Of a stretch of DNA of 63,304 nt, positions 27,712 to 38,451 are shown one piece after another; the first letter of the stretch is position 1, and each line of letters starts with the position of its first letter. Under the pieces are notes generated by a model that worked only from the letters and a program-made list of their open reading frames with translations, searched no databases and had not been told where the DNA came from. The translations under genes were made by a program, and so were the position numbers. The stretch comes from Gemmatimonadales bacterium (lineage in GTDB: Bacteria > Gemmatimonadota > Gemmatimonadetes > Gemmatimonadales > GWC2-71-9). The stretch spans positions 1-63,304 of the forward strand of contig DATDEZ010000056.1 of assembly GCA_036522875.1 (NCBI GenBank), in the 5' to 3' direction.

Positions 27712-28424
27712 TCGGGCCGGTGTACGTGCGGCGTCCCGCTCACCGCGCGTCCCACCAGCACCATCCCCGATCGTTCGGCGATCGTTACCGCGAGCGTCGA
27801 CGGGACACTGGGCGTCGCGACCCACGCGAGCCCGGCGCGCGACGCCTTGAACGCCAGCTCGGCTGAAATCCGGCCGGTCACGAGCAGGCCCTGGCCGACA
27901 ATCGGCGTGCGCGCCAGCACCGCCGCGCCGATGACTTTGTCGACCGCATTGTGGCGCCCGATATCCTCGGCATGAAACAGGAGCGCGCTGCCGTCCGTCA
28001 ACGCCGCGGCGTGAATCCCGCCCGTCTCATTGTAGCGCACGCCGCGCGCGAACAACTGTTTGAAGAGTGTGCGGAGCTGCTCCACCGCCGGCGGCTCGCC
28101 GCGCGCGGGGACGCGGACGGCGGTCGCCGGATCGGCCAACATCGTGGCCACGGCGCCGCATCCCGACGCGAGCACCCGCGTGCGGTTCTCGCCTTTGATC
28201 GACGCCACGCGCTCGGGCCGAACGTCGGCCCAAAACCCGAGGTCGGGGGCGCACGGACGGAGCTGCAGGAGGTCGTCGAGCGTGGCGATGTAGCCTTCGC
28301 CGTGGAGCCACCCGACCGCGAGCTCCTCGAGCTGCTCGGGCGTGCACATCCACGTGACCGCGGGCTCGCCGTTCACCTCGAGCCAGACCGGCCACTCCTC
28401 GACGACCGCGGAGTCGGCCTGCAT
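27708..28424 (-). CDS. fdhD: Formate dehydrogenase accessory sulfurtransferase FdhD
   Basis: ORF 27708..28424. Motifs: ELAVGWLHGEGYI, ASGCGA, ETGGIHAAAL, EDIGRHNAVDKVIG, LLVTGRISAE. Confidence 0.9.
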   Translation of the reverse strand: MQADSAVVEEWPVWLEVNGEPAVTWMCTPEQLEELAVGWLHGEGYIATLDDLLQLRPCAPDLGFWADVRPERVASIKGENRTRVLASGCGAVATMLADPATAVRVPARGEPPAVEQLRTLFKQLFARGVRYNETGGIHAAALTDGSALLFHAEDIGRHNAVDKVIGAAVLARTPIVGQGLLVTGRISAELAFKASRAGLAWVATPSVPSTLAVTIAERSGMVLVGRAVSGTPHVHRPE

Positions 28425-28440
28425 CCGGCCCCGCCTTCCG

Positions 28441-28836
28441 CTATGGTTCGCCGCGGTATTCGGAGTAGAGATGAGGACTCTCCTCGATGCGGACGCAATG
28501 CAGCGTCACGCCCTTCGGCAACAGCGTGACGATGCGGTCCCAGACGTACAACGCGAGCGCCTCGCCGGTCGCGACCCACGTCCCGGCGGCGAATGACGCG
28601 ATGTCCTTGTTGATATGGCGCCCGTCGAAGCGCGCCACGATTTCCTGCTGCAGCAGCGTCTTGAGCGCCGGCAGGCTCATCACGCCGCTCTTCGTGGGCT
28701 CGAAGACCCCTTTGACGGTCACGGCGCACTTGTAGCGATGACTGTGGTCGTCGGTCGCGCCGGCGAATTCGGGCGTCTCCGGAAACCGATGCGTCGCCGT
28801 GAATTCCACGATGCGCGTCAGATAGGCCGTAGGCAT
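28441..28836 (-). CDS. queD: 6-pyruvoyl-tetrahydropterin / 6-carboxytetrahydropterin synthase family protein (QueD-like)
   Basis: ORF 28441..28836 reads FTATHRF...HSHRYKCAVTVKG...LDGRHINKD...TGEALALYVWDRI, matching the PTPS/QueD fold motifs. Confidence 0.75.
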   Translation of the reverse strand: MPTAYLTRIVEFTATHRFPETPEFAGATDDHSHRYKCAVTVKGVFEPTKSGVMSLPALKTLLQQEIVARFDGRHINKDIASFAAGTWVATGEALALYVWDRIVTLLPKGVTLHCVRIEESPHLYSEYRGEP

Positions 28837-28839
28837 TCC

Positions 28840-29841
28840 TTAGAATACCTGGACGGCTGTGGCCTTGAAAGAGAAGACGACAGTTCCGCCGGGAGCCAGA
28901 GCTAAATCCTTCGCCGCCTGCGCCGTGACCGCGGCGATCAGCTCGACCCCGCCCATGTCGGCGCGCACGTGCACGCCGGCACCGCGCTGCTCGATCGCCA
29001 TCCCGGTGACGCGGCCCGTGAACACGTTTCGGGCCGACGACGCGAGCGGCTGCGTGCTCACGAAGATGTCGGTCGGCGGGACGGCGAGCACCGCGGCGCC
29101 GGCCCGGTCGGTCATCACGGCGATGTCGATGTTGCCCACCCGCACGCGTTTCACGCCATCGCCCGCCGGCAGCTCCACCCGAAACAGATTCTCGGGCGTG
29201 ACGGGCGACAGGCGGCCGTCGGCCAGCGCGCGGATGTCGTCCGCCCAGCGATAGGCATCCTCCAGCTGATGCGAGGCGATGCAGACGGCAAACGGCCGCG
29301 CCGCTCGCTCCGCGGCGAGCGCGCGATACAGCGCGCCGGCCGCGGCGCGGTCCGCCGAGCTCGCGGGCTCGTCGAGGAGGAGGACGTCGGTTCTCAGCGC
29401 GAGCGCGCGAGCAACCGCGACGCGCTGGACTTCGCCTTCGGAGAGCTCGTGCCGGCGCCGCTCGAACAATGAGGCGAGGCCGAGCCGTTCCGACACCTCC
29501 GCGAGAATCCCGCTCGCCGCGGAGGGTCTGATTCCTCTGACTCGTAACCCGTAGACCAGATTCTCGCGGACCGTTCCGCGAAACAGGATCGGCCGCTGCT
29601 CGACGAGCGTCACGCGCCGCCGCAGCGCGGCCGGAGCGCGATGCGGCACCACCGCGCCGTCGAGCCGCACCGACCCCTCTGTGGGTGATTCGAGCAGCGC
29701 GAGGATGCGCAGCAGCGTGCTCTTCCCTGAGCCGTTGTGTCCGACGACGGCGATCATGCCGGTGCGGGGCAGCGAGAATTGCGGCAGGTCGAGGACCACT
29801 CGGCCCGCGTAGCGATGGCGGACGTCGCGCAGCTCAAGCAT
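28840..29841 (-). CDS. ABC transporter ATP-binding protein with a C-terminal TOBE/Mop-like domain (molybdate/tungstate type, TupC/ModC-like)
   Basis: ORF 28840..29841. It has Walker A (GHNGSGKSTLL), the signature LSEGEVQRVAVARAL and Walker B (LLLDEP). The C-terminal NVFTGRVTGM...VHVRADMGGVELIAAVT...GGTVVFSFKATAVQVF resembles a TOBE domain. Confidence 0.75.
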   Translation of the reverse strand: MLELRDVRHRYAGRVVLDLPQFSLPRTGMIAVVGHNGSGKSTLLRILALLESPTEGSVRLDGAVVPHRAPAALRRRVTLVEQRPILFRGTVRENLVYGLRVRGIRPSAASGILAEVSERLGLASLFERRRHELSEGEVQRVAVARALALRTDVLLLDEPASSADRAAAGALYRALAAERAARPFAVCIASHQLEDAYRWADDIRALADGRLSPVTPENLFRVELPAGDGVKRVRVGNIDIAVMTDRAGAAVLAVPPTDIFVSTQPLASSARNVFTGRVTGMAIEQRGAGVHVRADMGGVELIAAVTAQAAKDLALAPGGTVVFSFKATAVQVF

Positions 29842-30529
29842 GACCGCGGCCCTGCAGCAGCTGCAACGCGACGTTGATGACGAGCGCCAGGAGGACGAGC
29901 ACGAGGCCCAGCGCGAGGGCCAGGCCGAAGTCGCCTTGCGACGTGTACAGTGCGACCGCCGTCGTCAGCGTGCGCGTTGAGCCGCGGATGTTGCCGCCCA
30001 CGATCATCGCGGCGCCGATTTCGGCGACGCATTGACCGAACGCCGCGGTGATGACGGCGGCCAGCGCGAATCGCGCTTCGCGCGCGACGGTCCAGGCCGT
30101 GCGCCAGGGGCCGGCGCCGAGCGTTTCGGCGGTGCGGCGGATACGGGAATCCACGCCTTGAATCGCCGCGGCGGACAGCGCGGCCGCGATCGGCAGCGCG
30201 AGAATCACATCGCCGACGACGATCGCCTGCCACGTGTACAGCCAGCCGATGGCGCCGAGCGGCCCCTGGCGCGACAGCAATCCGTAGAGAAGGAGACCGA
30301 CCACGACGGTCGGAAAGGCGAGCGCGGTGTTGACGACGGTGAGCGCGGCGCGGCGACCCCAAAACCGCCGCGTCGCGAGAAAGTAGCCGAGCGGCAGACC
30401 GGCCGCGCAGGCGATGACGGTCGCCACGAGGGCGACTTTGAGGGTTAACGCCGCGATTCCGTAGACTTCGGAATCACCCGCAATCAGTAAGCCCCAGGCG
30501 CGCCGAAACCCTTCGCCTAGAAAATCCAT
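29834..30529 (-). CDS. ABC transporter permease, TupB-like (tungstate/molybdate family)
   Basis: C-terminal 231 aa of ORF 29834..30700, with the start at ATG 30529 (MDFLGEGFRRAWGLL...). It reads FPTVVVGLLLYGLLSRQGPLG, TAETLGAGPW and EIGAAMIVGGNIRGSTRTLTTAVAL. It overlaps the ATPase gene by 8 nt. Confidence 0.75.
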   Translation of the reverse strand: MDFLGEGFRRAWGLLIAGDSEVYGIAALTLKVALVATVIACAAGLPLGYFLATRRFWGRRAALTVVNTALAFPTVVVGLLLYGLLSRQGPLGAIGWLYTWQAIVVGDVILALPIAAALSAAAIQGVDSRIRRTAETLGAGPWRTAWTVAREARFALAAVITAAFGQCVAEIGAAMIVGGNIRGSTRTLTTAVALYTSQGDFGLALALGLVLVLLALVINVALQLLQGRGHA

Positions 30530-31251
30530 CCGAGGCCGACGCTGACCCACGGGTGCGCCGTCCAGTCCGACAGGGGCTGGTTCGGCGCCACGATCTGCGA
30601 ATTGTCGGGCGCCGGCACATGGAAGGAAAGCGGATACTTGAGTCGCCACAGGTGCGCGCGCAGGTCCGCGTTGACCACGAGGTGGCGGCTCGCGTACCAC
30701 CGGACGCCCGTCGATCCCGCGAGGGAAATCTTCGTGCCGAACTGATAGCCGCTGAGCGTCGTGTCGCCCGGAGAATTCAGATCGAACATCAGGCCGAGCC
30801 CGGTGCCGACGTACGGCGCGAGCCCGTGCCAGGTCTTGCCGCCCGTGAGCCGCAGCTGCAGACCGATTTCCGCCAATCCGAGATCGGTGGGAAACGGACC
30901 CTGCTTGCGATAGGGCGACGTCGAGTCGACGCGCGGATCGAGGATGAAACGGTCGCCGCGGAGATAGGCGAGCGTGAACTGGAAGCCCATGGAGTGCCCG
31001 GCCGGCATCTCGTAGCGCGCCCCAAACGTGGACGCATTGCTCGGCCCGGCGCCCGTCCGGCCGCGGTCGTGCGAGAGATGACCGCCGAACACGAACAATG
31101 CCGGATGGAGCGGGATGTCACGGTACGGCGAATTGAACGGGTCGTGGCCGACCTGTGCCATGAGGCAGCTCGGCGGTTGGGCGGTCAGCAGTGCCATGAC
31201 GCCGAGTGTTCGAACCGCCCAGCTGCTCAATCGCCAAACTACTGCTCTCAT
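30517..31251 (-). CDS. Predicted outer-membrane beta-barrel protein (uncharacterised)
   Basis: ORF 30517..31251. It has a signal-like N-terminus, amphipathic strands (GFQFTLAYL, LAEIGLQLRL, GTGLGLMF, VRWYASRHLVVNADL) and a C-terminal VSVGLGWIF beta-signal ending in Phe. Its start shares 1 nt with the gpmI stop. Confidence 0.55.
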   Translation of the reverse strand: MRAVVWRLSSWAVRTLGVMALLTAQPPSCLMAQVGHDPFNSPYRDIPLHPALFVFGGHLSHDRGRTGAGPSNASTFGARYEMPAGHSMGFQFTLAYLRGDRFILDPRVDSTSPYRKQGPFPTDLGLAEIGLQLRLTGGKTWHGLAPYVGTGLGLMFDLNSPGDTTLSGYQFGTKISLAGSTGVRWYASRHLVVNADLRAHLWRLKYPLSFHVPAPDNSQIVAPNQPLSDWTAHPWVSVGLGWIF

Positions 31252-32777
31252 CAGTTACTCTCCCTCAAATCGCGTCCCGTCATTTCCTTCGGCGGCTCGA
31301 TTCCCATGAGATGCAAGATCGTCGGCCCCACGTCGCGAAGCGAGCCGCCCCCGCGAAGCGCGCGGTTCGGCGCCCCCTCACCGACGATGACAAATGGAAC
31401 GGGGTTCGTCGTGTGCGCGGTGTGCGGCCCGCCGGTCGCCGGGTCGATCATCAGCTCGCAGTTGCCGTGATCGGCCGTGACGAGCACGGTCGCCTGCGCC
31501 GCGTCGGCGGTCTTCAGCACGCGCTGCAGGCACACATCGACCGTCTCCACGGCCTTCACCGCCGCCGGCAACACCCCGGAATGACCGACCATGTCGCCGT
31601 TCGCGTAGTTGCAGAGGATGAAGTCGTGCGTCTTGTCGGCGATCGCCTTGCAGAGAACATCGGTCACGCCCGGCGCGCTCATCTCCGGCATCAAGTCGTA
31701 GGTCGCGACCTTCTGCGACGGGACGAGCAGACGTTCCTCTCCTTTATATGGCGGCTCGTAGCCGCCGTTGAAGAAGTACGTCACGTGCGCGTACTTCTCC
31801 GTCTCCGCGGTGCGAAACATCGTTTTTCCATTACCCGAAAGCACTTCCGCGACGATACGCGACAGGACCACCGGCTCGAATGCCGCGGGGAAGGGGAGCG
31901 ACTCCTCGTAGCGCGTCATGGTGACGAGCCGCACGCCGGGCCGTGTGCCGGTGTCGAAGCCGTCGAATCCCGGCAGCGCGAGCGCGCGCACGATCTGGCG
32001 CATGCGATCGGCGCGATAGTTGAAGCAGAAGATCCCGTCGCCGTCCTTGATGCGCGGCGCGCCGTCGATGACGAACGGCTTCACGAACTCGTCCGTCACG
32101 CCCGCCGCATACGCCTGTTTGATGGCGGTCAGCGGATCCGGCGCGCGCTGGCCGACGCCATGGACCATCGCGTCGTACGCGAGCTTCGTCCGGTCCCACC
32201 GCTTGTCGCGATCCATCGCGTAGTAGCGGCCGATCACCGTCGACACCCGGCCGCCCGCCTCGAGGAGCTCCTGCATGAACTCGAGCCCGGACTTCGGCGG
32301 CGTGTCGCGGCCATCGAGCCAGGCGTGCACGGCGACCGGGACGTCGTGCCGTTTGGCGAGCTCGATCGCCGCCAGCAGATGCTTATCGAGCGCGTGAACG
32401 CCGCCCGTGCCGATCAGTCCCATCACGTGCAACGTGCCGCCCTGCCGACGGGTGTGCTCGACCAGATCAACCAACGCGGGAATTCGAAAGAACTCACCCT
32501 TCTCGATGGATTGAGAGATCCGGACGATATCCTGCGCGACGACGCGACCCGCACCGAGATTCAGATGGCCGACTTCGCTATTGCCGATTTGTCCTTCCGG
32601 AAGGCCGACCGCGAGTCCGGAGGCCTCGAGCAGCGTGCGCGAGCGACTCTCCCACAGCTTGTGCCAAACCGGAGTGTTGCCCAGCTCGATCGCGTTGCCG
32701 TCGCGGCCGGGGCGAAAGCCCCACCCGTCGAGCACGATGAGAACGACTGGGGTGCGCCTGCCGCGGCTCGTTGTCAT
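31251..32777 (-). CDS. gpmI: 2,3-bisphosphoglycerate-independent phosphoglycerate mutase
   Basis: ORF 31251..32804, with the start at ATG 32777 (MTTSRGRRTPVVLIVLDGWG). Motifs: GNSEVGHLNLGAGRVV, GGVHA, TADHGN. Confidence 0.9.
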   Translation of the reverse strand: MTTSRGRRTPVVLIVLDGWGFRPGRDGNAIELGNTPVWHKLWESRSRTLLEASGLAVGLPEGQIGNSEVGHLNLGAGRVVAQDIVRISQSIEKGEFFRIPALVDLVEHTRRQGGTLHVMGLIGTGGVHALDKHLLAAIELAKRHDVPVAVHAWLDGRDTPPKSGLEFMQELLEAGGRVSTVIGRYYAMDRDKRWDRTKLAYDAMVHGVGQRAPDPLTAIKQAYAAGVTDEFVKPFVIDGAPRIKDGDGIFCFNYRADRMRQIVRALALPGFDGFDTGTRPGVRLVTMTRYEESLPFPAAFEPVVLSRIVAEVLSGNGKTMFRTAETEKYAHVTYFFNGGYEPPYKGEERLLVPSQKVATYDLMPEMSAPGVTDVLCKAIADKTHDFILCNYANGDMVGHSGVLPAAVKAVETVDVCLQRVLKTADAAQATVLVTADHGNCELMIDPATGGPHTAHTTNPVPFVIVGEGAPNRALRGGGSLRDVGPTILHLMGIEPPKEMTGRDLRESN

Positions 32778-32787
32778 ATTGAAGGGG

Positions 32788-33836
32788 ATGCAAGTTACCC
32801 ACATCGTTCCCGGCCTACTAGCTGCTTTCGGGTTGCTCGTTCCGAGCCCGAAGTCTCAAACTCCCGGCCGCTACCGCGTCACCGCCGACAACGCCTGGTT
32901 CTACCAGGACGTCGCCGGCCGTCGAATCGCTCGGCTCGCGAAAGACGCGGTGCTGTCGCCCGGCTCAGGTACAGCGCGGAACGATTGGCTCCCGGTGGTC
33001 CTCGACGGCTGGATCTTTGCGACGTCCGTCGGACCGAGTAGTCGTTCCGACTTCGATCTGCTGGTGACGCGCGCCCCGAACGAGAATTTGCGGGCCGCGC
33101 CTGCCGGACCGCTCGTGGCCGAGCTGGCGCAGGGATTCGGGTTGAAGCGTGTCGCGGCCGATAGCGCCAAGAACGGTCGCTGGGTCCACGTGACGCGAGA
33201 CGGCTGGGTCCAGCGCAGTGCGCTCGCCCCCGTCGCCGACGTGGTCGCCACGCGGACCGCGGACACATCGACCAGCGCTGACAGCGGTCCTCCAACTCCC
33301 AATCCCCAACCTCCGGTTCCTGACAGCACGCGCGCCCAGCCGGTGCGCATGACGACGCTGTACCGGGCGCCGGATGGTCCCGAGGCGGGGACCATCGCAA
33401 CCGACACACCGCTGCGCGTGCTCAGTCGCAATGGCGAATGGACGCGCGTTCAGTACGAAGGCTGGGTCAAGGGTGGCGATCTCCAGGTCGCGCCCGCGGG
33501 CGTCATGGTCGGCGTGACCGCCGCGGAGCTGCGTGCCGAGCCGCAACGCTACGTCGGCCAGGTGTTGCGGTGGAATCTCGAGTTCATCGCGATCCAAAAA
33601 GCTGACGAGCTGCGGCCCGACATCCCCGAGGGTGCGAGTTACGTGTTGGCTCGCGGGCCGTTGCCGGAGCGCGGTTTCGTGTACGTGGTCGTCCCTGACA
33701 TCAAGCTGCCCACGTTTCGCGCCCTCACGCCGCTCTCCGCCATGACGATCACCGCGCGGGTCCGCAACGGCCGCAGCCGCTACCTCGGCAACCCCATTGT
33801 CGATCTGATTTCGCTCGAAGGAGGGAGTACTTCGCC

Positions 33837-33840
<4 letters not shown>
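32788..33840 (+). CDS. Secreted hypothetical protein (SH3-like beta repeats and a Pro-rich linker)
   Basis: C-terminal 350 aa of ORF 32581..33840, with the start at ATG 32788 preceded by GAAGGGGA. The signal is MQVTHIVPGLLAAFGLLVPSP. The pattern W.HV..DGWV / EWTRVQYEGWVKG repeats. Confidence 0.55.
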
Positions 33841-35623
<1,783 letters not shown>

Positions 35624-35737
35624 GGCTACAGTCTCTAACACGACTGCACGCTTTCATCTATTGACAGATCGCACCCCCCGGCAAACCTTGGGGCGGCACG
35701 AACCGACGATTCGTCACCACTCCCAACGGAGTCCTGC

Positions 35738-37258
35738 ATGAACCTGTGGGCTACAAAATCCATCGCGACGTTGCGCGCCGAAGCCGACGCGGCGGGCGAG
35801 CACCAGCTGAAGCGGGCGCTCGGGCCCCTCAACCTGATCACGTTGGGCATCGGCGCGATCATCGGCGCCGGCATCTTCGTGCTCACGGGCCAGGCCGCCG
35901 CCCTGTACGCCGGGAACGGCGTGTGGATTTCGATGACGATCGTGGGGATCGCCTGCGCGTTCGCGGGACTGTGCTACGCGGAAATGGCGTCGGCCGTCCC
36001 CGTCGCGGGAAGCGCCTACACCTACTCCTACGCCACGATGGGCGAGCTCGTCGCCTGGATCATCGGCTGGGATCTCGTGCTCGAGTATGCGGCGGGCGCG
36101 GCCACCGTCGGCGTCGGCTGGTCCGGGCACTTCGTCTCGCTGCTCAGCAACTTCGGCATCACGTTGCCCGCGCAGCTCGCCGGCTCCCCGACGCAATGGT
36201 GCACACAGGCCAACGTCACAGCCGGTGTTGCGGGGTGCCTGAAGGCCGGACTCGTCTTCACGGGCGCGTGGATCAACCTGCCGGCGGTTTTCATCGTCGT
36301 GCTGATGTCCACGGTGCTGGTGATCGGGATCAAGGAGTCGGCGACCGTCAACACGTGGATCGTCCTCCTCAAGCTCCTGATCATCTTCCTGATCGTCATC
36401 ATCGGGCTCGGCCACATCACGCCGGCCAATTACCACCCGCTCATCGCGCCGAACACGGGTGATTGGGGCACCTACGGCTGGTCGGGGGTGCTGCGCGGTG
36501 CCGGACTTGTCTTCTTCGCCTACATCGGCTTCGACGCCGTATCGACCGCGGCTCAGGAATCGAAGAATCCGCAGAAGGACATGCCGGTCGGAATTCTCGG
36601 CTCGCTGTTCATCTGTACGCTGTTGTACGTCGCCGTTTCCAGCATTCTCGTGGGCATGGTGCCGTTCAAGGAGCTCAACGTGGCGGCCCCCGTCGCCTAC
36701 GCGATGGACAAGGTGGGCGCGCCGACGTGGGTTCGCATCGCGATCGATATCGGCGCCGTGCTCGGCCTCGGCTCCGTGATCCTCGTGATGTTGCTCGGCC
36801 AATCACGCGTCTTCTACTCGATGTCGCGCGACGGCCTGCTCGGCAAATGGGCCAGCGCCGTGCATCCGAAGTATCGCACGCCGTATCTGTCGACGATCTT
36901 CACCGGCGTGGCCGTGACGCTCGCAACCGGCCTGTTGCCGCTGCAGCTGCTCGGGCAGCTCGTCAATATCGGCACGCTGCTCGCGTTCGTGCTCGTGTGC
37001 GCCGGGGTATTGATTCTCCGCAAGAAACGCCCGGACCTCGATCGTCCATTCCGGACCCCGTGGGTCCCCGTGGTGCCGATCCTCGGCGTCGTCTGCTGCT
37101 TGGGACTCATGGCCACGCTGCCGAGCGACACCTGGATCCGGCTGATCGTGTGGCTGCTGATCGGCTTCACGATCTACTTCGGCTACAGCCGCCATCACAG
37201 TCATTTGCAGCGGGAGATTGGGTCGGGCGCGGCGGGAGTGGGGCAGCAGCGCCGCTAG
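35738..37258 (+). CDS. APC-superfamily amino acid permease (cationic amino acid transporter-like)
   Basis: ORF 35738..37258 reads LKRALGPLNLITLGIGAIIGAGIFVLTG, FAGLCYAEMAS.VPVAGSAYTYSY and FFAYIGFDAVSTAAQESKNPQKDMP. About 12-14 TM helices are apparent. Confidence 0.9.
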   Translation: MNLWATKSIATLRAEADAAGEHQLKRALGPLNLITLGIGAIIGAGIFVLTGQAAALYAGNGVWISMTIVGIACAFAGLCYAEMASAVPVAGSAYTYSYATMGELVAWIIGWDLVLEYAAGAATVGVGWSGHFVSLLSNFGITLPAQLAGSPTQWCTQANVTAGVAGCLKAGLVFTGAWINLPAVFIVVLMSTVLVIGIKESATVNTWIVLLKLLIIFLIVIIGLGHITPANYHPLIAPNTGDWGTYGWSGVLRGAGLVFFAYIGFDAVSTAAQESKNPQKDMPVGILGSLFICTLLYVAVSSILVGMVPFKELNVAAPVAYAMDKVGAPTWVRIAIDIGAVLGLGSVILVMLLGQSRVFYSMSRDGLLGKWASAVHPKYRTPYLSTIFTGVAVTLATGLLPLQLLGQLVNIGTLLAFVLVCAGVLILRKKRPDLDRPFRTPWVPVVPILGVVCCLGLMATLPSDTWIRLIVWLLIGFTIYFGYSRHHSHLQREIGSGAAGVGQQRR

Positions 37259-37285
37259 GCCAGCAACACGGGAGCAGCGGGACAG

Positions 37286-37328
37286 GGCGCGGTAGGTGAT
37301 CCGTTTGGTCTCACTTACCGCGCCTTTT
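37286..37328 (+). terminator. Rho-independent terminator downstream of the permease gene
   Basis: A 14-bp stem pairs GGCGCGGTAGGTGA (37286-37299) with TCACTTACCGCGCC (37311-37324), including one G-T wobble. The loop is 11 nt and TTTT follows at 37325-37328. It starts 28 nt after the TAG stop. Confidence 0.65.
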
Positions 37329-37419
37329 CCGTGCCTGTATGCGCCTCTAGTCTAAAGGATCTAGCCCAGAAGCCGGATAGTCGGACCACACCACCAACAG
37401 GCGATTATCTTCCCCCGCA

Positions 37420-38451
37420 ATGAGTTCACCGCCCTCTCCACAAGTCCTCATCCCCCCGGAACGCGCGAAGGCGGCGCGCGAGGTTGCCGCCGCGCTCACG
37501 AGTGCCGGTCATGTCGTGCTGACGACGCACGTCAACGCGGACGGCGACGGTGTGGGGAGCGAGATCGGACTGTGGCACATGCTGCGCGCGCGCGGCACCT
37601 CCGTCACGATCGCCAACCCCACGCGCATCCCGGAGCGGTTCAACTTTCTGATTCCCGCGGGTGCCGACGCGAGCGCGCACGCGGTGCGCGAGATCGAGCG
37701 CGCCGACATCGTTGCATCGCTGGACATCGGCGACATCACGCGGCTCGGCGAATTGGCGACGGTCATTCGCAAGCGCGAGCCGCCGTTCGTCTGCATCGAT
37801 CATCACGTCGGACCGGTCAAGCTGCCGTCGGGACCCTGCCTGATCGCGCCCGAAGCGACCGCGACCGCAGAGCTGGTCTTCGACCTGGCGATGGTCGCGG
37901 GCTGGCCGCTCACGCCCGAAAGCGCGCAGGCGCTGTACGTCGGATTGCTGACGGACACGGGTGGGTTCCGTTTCTCCAACACGACGGCGCGCGCGCTGCG
38001 CGTCGCGGCGGCGCTGCTCGAGAAAGGCGTCGACCCGGAGTCGATCTACGCGCAGGTGTACGCCAGCGCTCCCGAAGGACGCGTCCGGTTGCTCGCTGAA
38101 GTCTTGCAGACGCTCGTCGTCGAGCCCGAGGTCGGCCTCGCCTGGGTCAGTGTGCCGGCCGACGCGCTGCGCCGCCACGAAGTTACGGCCGACGATCTGG
38201 ACGGCATCGTCGAGTTTCCGCGCTCGATCGCCGGCGTGAAGATGGCGCTGCTGTTTCGCCACATCGGGTCCGGCCGGATCAAGATCTCGTTTCGCTCGAT
38301 GGGCGAGGTGGATGTCGCCGCACTCGCGCACCAGTTCGGCGGCGGCGGTCACCATCGCGCGGCCGGCGCGTCGCTCACCGGCTCGATGGCCGACGTCGAG
38401 GAGACGGTGCTCACCGCGGCGCGGAAATTCCTCTCGAATGGACAATCGTGA
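37420..38451 (+). CDS. nrnA: DHH/DHHA1 phosphoesterase, NrnA-like (oligoribonuclease / pAp phosphatase)
   Basis: ORF 37420..38451. Motifs: HVNADGDGVGS, IDHH, TDTGGFRFSNT, GGGGHHRAAGA. Confidence 0.85.
   Translation: MSSPPSPQVLIPPERAKAAREVAAALTSAGHVVLTTHVNADGDGVGSEIGLWHMLRARGTSVTIANPTRIPERFNFLIPAGADASAHAVREIERADIVASLDIGDITRLGELATVIRKREPPFVCIDHHVGPVKLPSGPCLIAPEATATAELVFDLAMVAGWPLTPESAQALYVGLLTDTGGFRFSNTTARALRVAAALLEKGVDPESIYAQVYASAPEGRVRLLAEVLQTLVVEPEVGLAWVSVPADALRRHEVTADDLDGIVEFPRSIAGVKMALLFRHIGSGRIKISFRSMGEVDVAALAHQFGGGGHHRAAGASLTGSMADVEETVLTAARKFLSNGQS

Noticed and set aside
35661-35690. A perfect TTGACA hexamer (35661-35666) upstream of the amino-acid permease, considered as a sigma-70 -35 box or as part of a riboswitch leader.
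   Set aside because: No acceptable -10 (TAnnnT) lies at 16-18 nt spacing; the hexamer there is AACCTT or ACCTTG. The 114-nt leader is too short and lacks the conserved cores of the amino-acid riboswitches I know. It is left uncalled.
37330-37419. A tRNA-like or small-RNA look (TAGTCTAAAGGATCTAG) in the AT-richer spacer upstream of nrnA.
   Set aside because: I could not build an acceptor stem, there is no GTTCRANY T-loop, and the CTAG repeats are self-palindromic tetramers. It is more likely just the promoter and 5' UTR of nrnA, following the permease terminator.
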